Positions 55,201-64,000 of a stretch of 64,000 nt of DNA are shown piece by piece. The stretch comes from a virus. How positions within the stretch are numbered: position 1 is the stretch's first letter; the number at the start of each line of letters is the position of its first letter. The DNA lies in IMG/VR virus record IMGVR_UViG_3300046169_000069. One strand, given 5' to 3'. Under the pieces are notes generated by a model, which worked only from the letters and a program-made list of their open reading frames with translations, did not search any database and was not told where the DNA came from. Both the position numbers and the translations under genes were made by a program.

Positions 55201-57697
55201 AGTATAGGCTGGGGTACGTGCATAGTCTGCAGCATAGTTACGTGCATAGTTGCCAGTGAAGTCGCCGACATAGTACAGTGTACGCTGATAGTTCAAAGTA
55301 CGTGTTGAAGTACGTGTTGATGTGCGTGAATAGTTTCCTACAAAATCACCAGCATAGTTACCAGCAAAACCACGAGAATAGTTGCCTACAAAGTCGCCAG
55401 TAAATGTAGTCGCGTAATTACCTACGAAATCACCACCGTAGTTGCCTGCGAATCCTCGAGCATAGTTGCCTACAAAGTCGCCTACATAGTCTCCGACATA
55501 ATTTCGGGCGTAGTTACCAATAAAGTTACCAGCGAATGTGGTTGTATAGTTGCCTGTGTAGTTACCTGCAAAGTCACCAGCGTATCCACGAGCATAGTTA
55601 CCTACGAAATCTCCGGTGAATACTGTAGTGTAGTTACCAACGAAATCGCCACCGTAGTTGCCCACAAATGTACGTGCATAGTTTCCTACGAAATCTCCGG
55701 TGAATACTGTTGTATAATTGCCAACAAAGTTACCAGCGTAGTTAGTAACACGGTCACGTGTGTATGCAGACGCACGAGTACGTGTTGACGTACGTGCATA
55801 AGCTGAGTAACGTGTTCTCGCAGAAGTACGAGTAGAAACACGAGCATAGTTACCTACGTAGTTTCCTGCAAATCCGCGTGAGTAGTTACCTACGAAGTTA
55901 CGCGAATAGTTGCCTTGGAAGTTACGTGAGTAGTTTCCAATAAAGTTGCCAGCAAAATCGGTCACACGATCGCGAACATATGAAGAAACACGGCCACGAG
56001 TAAACTCACCCGTGAAGTTAGTCACACGATTGCGTGTGTAAGTAGAAACACGGGCACGAGCATAAGCATTTGCAAAGTTAGTGACACGGTCGCGAGTGTA
56101 GTTAGTGATGCGGGTTCGTGTGTAATCTGCAGAGTATGCTGATGTGCGTGTACGAGTTGAAGTTCTTGTATAAGCTGAGTTACGAGTACGTGAGTATGTT
56201 CCGGCATAAGCTGATACACGGTTTCGTGAATATGTACCAGAGTATGTACCTGTGTATGAAGAAACACGAGTACGAGCGTAAGTGCCTGAATAGGCAGAGT
56301 TACGAGTACGTGCATATGTACCTGCATAAGCAGAAACACGACCACGAGTGTATGCAGAAGAACGAGAACGCGTGAACGTACCAGTAAAGTTCTGTACGCG
56401 ATTACGTGTGTAAGTAGAAACACGTGCGCGTGAGTAAGTTCCCGCAAAGTAACCAGTAAATGCAGTTAGTCTATTACGAGAATATGTAGAGATACGGTTA
56501 CGAGCATACGCGCCAGAGTACGCAGATGTGCGTGTGCGCGAATATGTTCCAACGTATGTTGAGACACGGGTTCTCGCATAAGTGTCTGAATACGCGGATG
56601 TACGAGTTCGTGAGTAGGTTCCTGTATAAGAGGAAACACGTGTACGAGTGTAATCAGCCGAGTAAGTAGAAACACGATTGCGAATATAAGTCCCTTCATA
56701 TGAAGATGGTCGCGTACGAGTGTACTCTCCGACGAAATCTCGAGAATAGTTACCTACGAAATCTCTATTATATGTTCCTGTGTAGTCTCCAACAAAGGTG
56801 CGGGAGAATGTATCTACACTATTACGTGTGTATGTTGAAACTCTATCGCGAGTGTAAGCCGAAATACGCGTACGTGCGTATGATGAGTTACGTGTGCGAG
56901 AGTATGAACTATTTACAATAGTACGTCGGGTGTTAGTTGCATCACCAACAACAGACCATGTTCCAGGCAGTGTTGGTACACCTTGCGCAGCTGAACGGAA
57001 CTGATAAGATCCGATCGCACCGGCCGTCGCACGGAGGGATTTGACACGTTGACCAATAGTATATTTGATCTGATCATCCGACATTTCTTTGAATCCGTCA
57101 AAGTTGGATGACCCATCGTAACAAATAGCAACGGGACGCACTGCGTTAACCACAGGCATCGTTACACGTTGATAGATGTTGTAATTTGTTACTGTACCAT
57201 CACCGTGTGTGTCTGAGAAGACATTTGCGAGGAAGACCGTATAGTCTGCGCCAGGTGATGTACTAGAAAGTTTGAATGTACCGACATAGTCATTCTGGAC
57301 CATGTTACTGAGTACACGACTTGCAAGATTATCCAAATCTGGATCTACCATTTCGTAGAAGCCTGGATTTGGGGCCTGAGTCATAATAACCCACAGGACG
57401 AACAAAATCGGCACCAGTTTCATCTGCAACACCGCCCACCTGACGTAGAGGTGTGGTTACAGTTGTAGATGTGATATTAGTAATTGGGTGAGTGCCCGCA
57501 GATTCATTAAAATACGCGTCCGTAAATGAACCAATATTAACATCACCAGTTAAACTGATATCTCCGACTTCACCAGCAGATGCATCTGCTAATGCTTGTC
57601 CCACCGCATAAGAAAGATAGTTCTCTTCTAGCGGTGTAAATTCCTGTAGGTCACCATTAGTATTTTTAATTTTTAGTGGGATACTAGATGCTGACAC
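52292..57697 (-). CDS. ~1,800-aa self-complementary tetrapeptide-repeat protein (putative beta-ribbon fibre with two tip domains); three track ORFs joined across frameshifts near 57372 and 54792
   Basis: Late promoter upstream, globular N-domain, two 648-codon arms of [YFRS]-x-[RGST]-x units flanking a 2-domain loop, and a short C-terminal strand. Confidence 0.8.
52355..54298 (-). repeat. C-terminal arm: 160 tetrapeptide units plus 4 dipeptides
   Basis: YTRS RAFS ... FLGN YVGA; 1944 nt. Confidence 0.9.
54961..56904 (-). repeat. N-terminal arm: 160 tetrapeptide units plus 4 dipeptides (12-nt periodic coding repeat)
   Basis: YSRT RNSS YART ... YLGN YTGT; 1944 nt. Confidence 0.9.
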
Positions 57698-57746
57698 AAT
57701 AATTGCTCTCTTGTAAAAGTTGAAATTAACGGTTAATAACGTACTT

Positions 57747-57754
57747 TATTTATA
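57747..57754 (-). promoter_or_regulatory. T4-type late promoter for the repeat-hairpin gene (second copy at 57802-57809)
   Basis: TATAAATA. Confidence 0.75.
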
Positions 57755-57756
57755 AT

Positions 57757-57793
57757 AAAAAAAATGTGCGGAAACCAAAGTCTGCGCACATTT
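57757..57793 (-). terminator. Intrinsic terminator after tail-fibre chaperone
   Basis: AAATGTGCG...CGCACATTT stem followed by a T-tract. Confidence 0.7.
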
Positions 57794-57816
57794 CGTAAAA
57801 ATATTTATACCAACTG

Positions 57817-58284
57817 TTACTGTGGTGGAGTTGGCCAGTTAATGTCAGTTAAATTCTCAATTCCGTCAAGATTTTCTGTAATATCACGCAACTCTTGACG
57901 ATAACCTGCCCATGCATTCTTCATATCGAGTGATAGTGGGGCGTCTGGAATTTGCGTCCAATCTGTTCTCATCAACTCATTGTTGCGAGTCTGACGAATT
58001 TCGATATGTAAAGATTGTAAATTGATCTTCCAAGAATGACCGTCACGGTAAGCGTGTTCGTTCGGAGGTTCGCCAATATCAACGAAAGACTCTGACGATC
58101 TGTCATAAAAATTTCTGCGGACGAACTCTAATGGGGTAAGAGAGCCCATGCGTTCATCGCCAATCAATTCGAATCTACTAGACCCGTCTGGTTGTAAACC
58201 TAATTCAACTTTTAAAGTTGCCGGTTCTATCTGTAGGTTCATAATTGAACCGTTTGATTCATTAATATGTGCTAACCAACTCAT
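57817..58284 (-). CDS. Tail fibre assembly chaperone-like protein
   Basis: IR..RN..L..TDWTQ.PDAPL......W..YRQ.LRDIT......I.WP.PP. Confidence 0.85.
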   Translation of the reverse strand: MSWLAHINESNGSIMNLQIEPATLKVELGLQPDGSSRFELIGDERMGSLTPLEFVRRNFYDRSSESFVDIGEPPNEHAYRDGHSWKINLQSLHIEIRQTRNNELMRTDWTQIPDAPLSLDMKNAWAGYRQELRDITENLDGIENLTDINWPTPPQ

Positions 58285-59108
58285 TCTACTATACTTCCTC
58301 TAAATATTACGAAATCTGGTGATCTTTGACTATAAGTAATAGATCCAAAAATACCTGTCGTTGTTGTTGATTGAAATCCATACACTCCTGAGGCAATTGT
58401 TACTGGGCTCGAGGCAGTGCTTGGTTGATAATTACCACTTCCTGTTGGTGCGAAAATTAACGCTCTACTAGTTGATGAACTTGTTAAAAGAGAAACCCCC
58501 GTTGATTGAGAGATATCATCGCCTATACTATAAAAAAAATCAAAAGAAGAGTTTAAAAGATCTGACCTTACAACCGAACCGTTGTTAGTAATTAAAGCAA
58601 CAGAGCCTGGTGGATAGTATTCTTCTAACTTAATTGTTTTTTCTGAGGTCATCGCTCTGGAATCGAACTGAACTCTATTTTCTTTATTTATTATCTGTAG
58701 TCCATAGTCTCCGGTAGGGGTGACATCGGATGACGGTTTCAAAACAATATATTCTAGTGATCCGACTCCAGAAAAAGTGATTTGAGATTCTTTATACCAT
58801 ATGTTTGGTCTAACGCCTAACAACAGGGTTGTGGGTGTTGGGTTTCCGTTTGCGTCCTCTTCATAAAGAGGATTGGGTTGGCCACTATCATATTCATCAT
58901 AAAAAAACTTAATGAAATCATGCGGAAAAGTTGGTCCCCTTACCGGAGTGTGTCGAACGAACACAAGGTCTCTTGCTAAATCAACATCGACTGTAGTCTT
59001 AGACCCAAATCCATGTTCAACTGCTACGTAGTTAGACATGTCTGCTTCTGTATCAGCAATTACAATGTTATTAGATGATCCTGATTTTATTTCTAATCCA
59101 TATGACAT
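58281..59108 (-). CDS. Putative tail-tip/fibre-associated protein
   Basis: YGLEI and GDYGLQI.N......FDS repeats typical of minor tail proteins. Confidence 0.6.
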   Translation of the reverse strand: MSYGLEIKSGSSNNIVIADTEADMSNYVAVEHGFGSKTTVDVDLARDLVFVRHTPVRGPTFPHDFIKFFYDEYDSGQPNPLYEEDANGNPTPTTLLLGVRPNIWYKESQITFSGVGSLEYIVLKPSSDVTPTGDYGLQIINKENRVQFDSRAMTSEKTIKLEEYYPPGSVALITNNGSVVRSDLLNSSFDFFYSIGDDISQSTGVSLLTSSSTSRALIFAPTGSGNYQPSTASSPVTIASGVYGFQSTTTTGIFGSITYSQRSPDFVIFRGSIVE

Positions 59109-59109
59109 A

Positions 59110-59991
59110 TTAGAACCTTAACATATAATATGTGTAATTAATTGTACGGGCATAGTTAAAAGTTAATCCATATTCATCTTGTGCCGTTATTAAAACGCCG
59201 TTATTTGTTCTGGTGTAGTTTATAAATGACGTTCTGAAGTAAATATCTATAACAGATCTATTGGTTAATGTCCACCCAAAACTTCTAAGATCTAGTTCGT
59301 ATGTTGCGCTTGCAACATTTGCGGGGATAGTTATGCCGACTGTGCCTATCTCATTAACTAAACTTATTACTCTTTGACCACCGCCCCAGACTTCATTGCC
59401 ATTAGCATTTAATATTTGTATTCCATAGTCTCCCTGAGACACATCGACAATCGTTGTGGGGTCTCCTAAATCTACAGGGTTAATTTCGCTCTGTCTGGAT
59501 ACAGTATAAAACTTGTTTGAAGACATTGATGTCGAAGTCTGAGAACCTCTGGTGTAGATATACTCACCAACTTCAACTTGAATCGCCCCTTCGGATATCA
59601 GTCCGTTAAAAACTTCATCGCCGACCCAATTGATGACAACAGTTTTAACTCCGTCGCTTGAGTAGTCGGCTGGTTCATACCAATAGGATGATCCACCACC
59701 ACCTCCACCACCACTAGTCGTTTCGCCAGTAACTGCATATTGAACAGTTGTGAGGCCAGAAAAAGATTCGGTAGTTTCTCTGGTATACGTCACTCCCCCG
59801 AAACTATATTGAGTATCGGTTGTCGCAATTAAGTCCGTACCAACTTCATCTACGACAATAGATCCATTATATTTTATTGTCGTAGTGTATACCGGCACTG
59901 CGGAACCGCCATCAAATTGATATGTGGTAGTTATCTGCCAATAGTTATCTGTTAACGCAGTCCCGCCACCGATATTATCATCACCGATCAT
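59110..59991 (-). CDS. Putative receptor-binding minor tail protein with two small beta domains
   Basis: Two YW...G...(G)G..YTR..Y.V modules separated by poly-Gly, then GDYGIQI.N.NG. Confidence 0.6.
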   Translation of the reverse strand: MIGDDNIGGGTALTDNYWQITTTYQFDGGSAVPVYTTTIKYNGSIVVDEVGTDLIATTDTQYSFGGVTYTRETTESFSGLTTVQYAVTGETTSGGGGGGGSSYWYEPADYSSDGVKTVVINWVGDEVFNGLISEGAIQVEVGEYIYTRGSQTSTSMSSNKFYTVSRQSEINPVDLGDPTTIVDVSQGDYGIQILNANGNEVWGGGQRVISLVNEIGTVGITIPANVASATYELDLRSFGWTLTNRSVIDIYFRTSFINYTRTNNGVLITAQDEYGLTFNYARTINYTYYMLRF

Positions 59992-62900
59992 GATAGTTTA
60001 CCAAGTTTGACTCTAACTCTAGAGACTTCAACATTATCTACAATAACACTATCACTAATTGTGATAAGATCGTTAGTAATTGACACACTACCTTGTCCGG
60101 CTACACTAGATGTTATATTTAGACCAGTGTCTCCCGGCAGGTAACTATCTGGATCAGTTGTAATAGCAACTAAACTTGCATCGATTCTACCTGTTTTGAT
60201 CCCACCACCATCGATTATAGTAATCCCATCTACGTCCCTTTGTAGAGTTCCTTCGCTATTTTGGAAAGTTACTACTCCATTGAAGTTGTATGCTTTGAAT
60301 GGTGGCCCGAAACTTACCAATGTACTACCATTCTCGCCTCCGGATTTCTCTGCCCAATATCGGGCAGACCAATAATCTCCACTCAAATTAGTATTTACAA
60401 TAGGGTCTTGAACCCATCCGGTTGGGAGATTCCCTAAAGCGTTATCGTCCCAATTAAAAGTGGCACCATCATATGATAAAGGATTTGGATAAGTATCGTC
60501 ATCAGGCCATTCAGATCCTATAACTGGACTTGTGTAATAAATGTACCCACGGGACTCTCTAGGGAGATTGCTTAAGTCTGGAGTGCCTGGGTCCCCATCA
60601 CGTGAGTGAATAATCGGAGCAGACCAAGTTAGTTGATAATCGTTTCCAGTCAATTGACCTTGTGTACTTGCTAAAGCTTGAGTCATCCATAATGCGTTAG
60701 CACCAGTGTCCGCCGGTTCTTCAGACCAACCTTTATCGGGGTCGAGACCAATGACTTTGTCTTGATCAAAACTGTAGTAAATGCCCGTTGGCGGATCGCC
60801 TGCAACTCCCGTTGTTGTCAGACCTGAAGAGATGCCCAGACCTGTTCTTAAATCATCTTCTGCGTTACTGCTTCCGAAGTCTTTGTCTAGTCTCTTGAAG
60901 AGTTGTATTCTGTATGTTGAGAAACCATCTTCACCGTTGTTTTTTGATTTATAAGGTGCCGACCATCCACCATCTGCTCTTTCGGGATCTTCGTCACCTA
61001 CTATCGCAAATGTTCTTTCGATTTCCCAAATAGTGTTGCCGTTAGTCGGGAATCCTTCATCACTAACATGATCCCACCAACCAGCTGGAGGACACACACT
61101 ATTTCCTGCTAGGGTGTACGAACCAGAGCTTCCATCTAAGTATGCGAGATTAAGTCCATTTGCATCTGATATTGATATAGGCGAACTACCAAAATTAACA
61201 ATTCCGTCTGTCGGGGTGGTTGGAGGAGTGTCTCGGTCCCCACCGCGTGTAACAACTCTCAATAGGTATGTTGATCTTCCAGGCGCACCAGTTCCTCCAG
61301 CCGTAGTTGGATCAGGATCTGACCACGCAATATTATTATCTACTTTAGATTCGCCTGGAATACCAGAGATTGAAGCGACCCCGCTACTAACATAAAGTGT
61401 TGCGTTTGGGTAATCCGTTTCATCATAAGGATTTATCGGAACAACCTTTTTCCAAGGGGAATTATTGTCTATAGTAAACGTCTTGTTCGCAAAATTAAAA
61501 GATGCGTCATCACTCTCGGGTTTACTAGGTGGAGTATCATTTTCGACCCATCGATATACATTTAATTGAGCGACAGTTCCGCCATCAACAGCGACATTCA
61601 GAATCAACTTAGGTTCTGTAAATGTAAGTGTGTTGTCTATGCCGATAGCGCCACGAAGAGTTGCGACAGTAGAAATTTCATATAGTGGTCCGTTACTATT
61701 ACCTTCCGCATCATATAAAGCAGGAATTTCCTCATACCAACCAATACCTTCATGGGTTAATGCTGGAGTTGATGTGAATCGGTTCGTTGTGAAACTATAA
61801 ACTGCTCCGTTGCCAAAGTCAGAGGAGTTTGGATCTGGAATTTGGTTCCAATCCGGATCTAATGCAGTAACATCTGGAATGCGGGCATATAATGACTTGA
61901 AGTAAGTGGATACTGGAATCAGAACATCAATTGTAGGTGTTGACCAAGCCTCTTTTGTTCCGTCGGGGTTGCCATTAGTTGTGGCCCAATCTGTCCCTTC
62001 GTCACCAGATAGAGAGAACAATCTCTGAGAAGACCAAAGTGTGTCTTCGCCAGGCGGTTTTGCATAAAGCCACTCTATTCCATCTTCATCTGTTATTGAG
62101 TAAGCTGAATTTGTAATAGGGCCCATATGCTGGTGTTGCGGTCGCAGAGTGACCTACATATGAGTTTGCAGGGGTTGTTGCACTGAAATCAAAACCACCA
62201 CCAAGTGGAGGTTTAGGTACAACTAAGTTGCCATTAGTGTCTAAGGCGTCCGCAACTCTACGATATAAAACGGCAGTAAATGTAGATCGACCGTTTCTGC
62301 CGTCACTTCCGGAAGTAGTTAGTTGTGGATCGCTCCAAGTAATATCATCGTCTAATGTCGAATCATTAGGTAATCCAGATTCGCTAGCAATACCCGTAGA
62401 GACATATAGTTTAGGCGCTTCGTCAGTTCTAGGAGGAGTGGCGGCAAACCATCCTTCATCTACTGGAGCTGAGTATTCGTTTGATCCGAAGTCAAAACTG
62501 CCGCCTGTAGGTTTGTCCTCAGACACTAGATTAGTTTCTGCCGCGACTCGCTTGTATGCAAATAACTGAACAGTTCTTGCTCCGACTACACCATCGACTG
62601 GTGGACCACCCACTAAAGCAGGAGAAGACCAAGCACCAGAAGGCGCAGTAAATGATTGACCATCTTCTGGGTCTATCGCAACAAAAGTATAAGTTGATGA
62701 CCAAAGTTCGTCAGTCTCAGGAGAAGTTGGTTGAGAAACTGACCACCCAGAAGGTTCGCTAAACACACCTGAACTGAAGACATAAGATCCACCATCTGGT
62801 TCCGATGGAGGAACACGAGCGCCGTCAGCTACAGTTTTTGGATGTCTTGTAAATACTGTGATAGTTTCACGAAAGGTGCCTGAGGGATTACCGCCACCGC

Positions 62901-63438
62901 CACCACCAGTTACAGTAGCAGCTTTCCATTCATTGCCCGACCATCGCAGTACTTGGCCTGGTTCTTTGCCTGAAGTGTCTACGTTCGAGAGATCGTCTAA
63001 TCCAGAAGGTATAGATGGTCTATTAGTTAGACTGTTATAGTCTCCATCAAAACCACCCGAACCAATATCACTCTTGTTTGCAAGTTCTACCCATGAACCA
63101 CCGTGCGCAAAATATGCAGCTCCAGTATTATGGACATGCGCGAACATACCATGATAAGCAGACGCGTCTGGTAGCTCTGCAACATTAGCATACATGTTAC
63201 CAAAGAGAATCTTATTGCCACCAAGATCTAATGTCTGCGATGCAAGAAAGTCACGAATCTCTTGTTCAGTAAATCCCGCGTCATCCACAATATCAGCGAT
63301 CGCCGCATCAATTAAAGCTTGTACTTCCGCTTCGGACAATCCGGCGTTCTCCAGTACATTTTGAAAATTGTCGTTAATCTTCAGAATCGCTTCATTGATT
63401 TTATCCGCAAGATTAATTGTGTATATTGGATTACTCAT
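59988..63438 (-). CDS. Large tail fibre / host-specificity protein (~1,150 aa; frameshift near 62120)
   Basis: HGMFAHVH module, tandem ~100-aa Pro/Trp repeats (P.GG.FDF...W...LYVS.G.AS...WSDP), and C-terminal IDGG.I.TG.I.A...RVKLG.L typical of tail-tip proteins. Confidence 0.65.
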
Positions 63439-63664
63439 TTACATCACCTGTTAATTTTAAGAGCAATTGTTTAATCTCATTCATGTCTTCTTTTAATCCC
63501 TTAACGTCCTCAGTAAGTGAGTTGATGTGTTCTTTTCTTTCATCACTTACTTGTTTCAGTTTTCTTGCCCTTTCAATCTCTGTTGTGTTAGTATTTAGTA
63601 TGGCCCCAGTACGCTTATCTCGTACTAAATTGGTATGGCCTTCTACTTTTATATGCGACTTCAT
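63431..63664 (-). CDS. Small coiled-coil protein
   Basis: KVEGH.NLVRD..TGAILN...I..L..D...LK.DM.EIK.LL. Confidence 0.75.
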   Translation of the reverse strand: MKSHIKVEGHTNLVRDKRTGAILNTNTTEIERARKLKQVSDERKEHINSLTEDVKGLKEDMNEIKQLLLKLTGDVNE

Positions 63665-63673
63665 GTAAAACCT

Positions 63674-64000
63674 TTAGTGATGAAAGACTAGAGCATCATC
63701 TTCTGATTGCCAAGCAGGGTTTACTGATCCACCCGCATCTCTATATTCATCTGTGTATCGAATACCGATCGGTATATCCAACCAATCAAAAGTCTCACCA
63801 CTGTGAGTAGCGGATAGGTTGACACTATAGTTACCTGAAGCTTCAGAAGTAATCGTGTTCACAAACTCTGTACCATAGTTCATAGTAACAGTACCCGTAG
63901 TAGACCATTCCGGACCAAATGTGTATGTTATTGGATAGTAGTGTGTGTTATGACCTTCTGGTCTTTCGATTCCGTAAGTTATGAATCTAACATCATGTTG
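63674..64000 (-). CDS. 3' end of a gene entering from the window edge (probably structural)
   Basis: Open frame ending ...DDALVFHH at 63674. Confidence 0.5.
   Translation of the reverse strand, partial: QHDVRFITYGIERPEGHNTHYYPITYTFGPEWSTTGTVTMNYGTEFVNTITSEASGNYSVNLSATHSGETFDWLDIPIGIRYTDEYRDAGGSVNPAWQSEDDALVFHH

Noticed and set aside
52355-56904. CRISPR array or DNA-level inverted repeat explaining the periodic, mirror-like region
   Set aside because: The 12-nt periodicity is coding, with varying third positions and no repeat-spacer structure. Paired units such as RVST/FAGE are not reverse complements, so the symmetry exists only at protein level.
57817-63438. Diversity-generating retroelement acting on tail genes
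   Set aside because: No reverse transcriptase and no TR/VR pair differing at adenines was noticed in this window.

Overview
A 64-kb segment of a large T4-like (myovirus) phage genome, almost entirely coded on the minus strand. The host is probably a marine heterotrophic bacterium (inference: no photosynthesis genes; carries AOX, Hsp20 and tRNA-Thr). In window order it contains a replication block (gp43, regA, gp62/44/45, gp46/47, gp55, uvsW, uvsY), the head/tail core (gp3, gp23-gp13), and about 36 kb of very large virion fibre genes. Many conserved genes are broken by 1-2 nt indels, mostly in homopolymers or dinucleotide runs, so the sequence looks like an error-prone long-read consensus, and split ORFs are joined here. 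The standout is a ~1,800-aa protein (52292-57697) whose two tetrapeptide-repeat arms are each exactly 648 codons. Read antiparallel, the arms are complementary residue by residue: R/S-led units always face [FY]xG units, four dipeptide interruptions mirror each other, and an 84-nt duplication occurs at mirror positions in both arms. The loop forks into two small tip domains. It reads like a protein analogue of an RNA stem-loop, a putative ~200-nm beta-ribbon fibre, and is followed by a glycosyltransferase and a 2OG-oxygenase-like gene. Other notable items are a ~5,300-aa coiled-coil fibre with six passenger domains in a recurring socket, a phage alternative oxidase, a ROSE-like RNA thermometer before hsp20, a probably leaderless DNA polymerase mRNA, and an orphan antisense sigma70 promoter.
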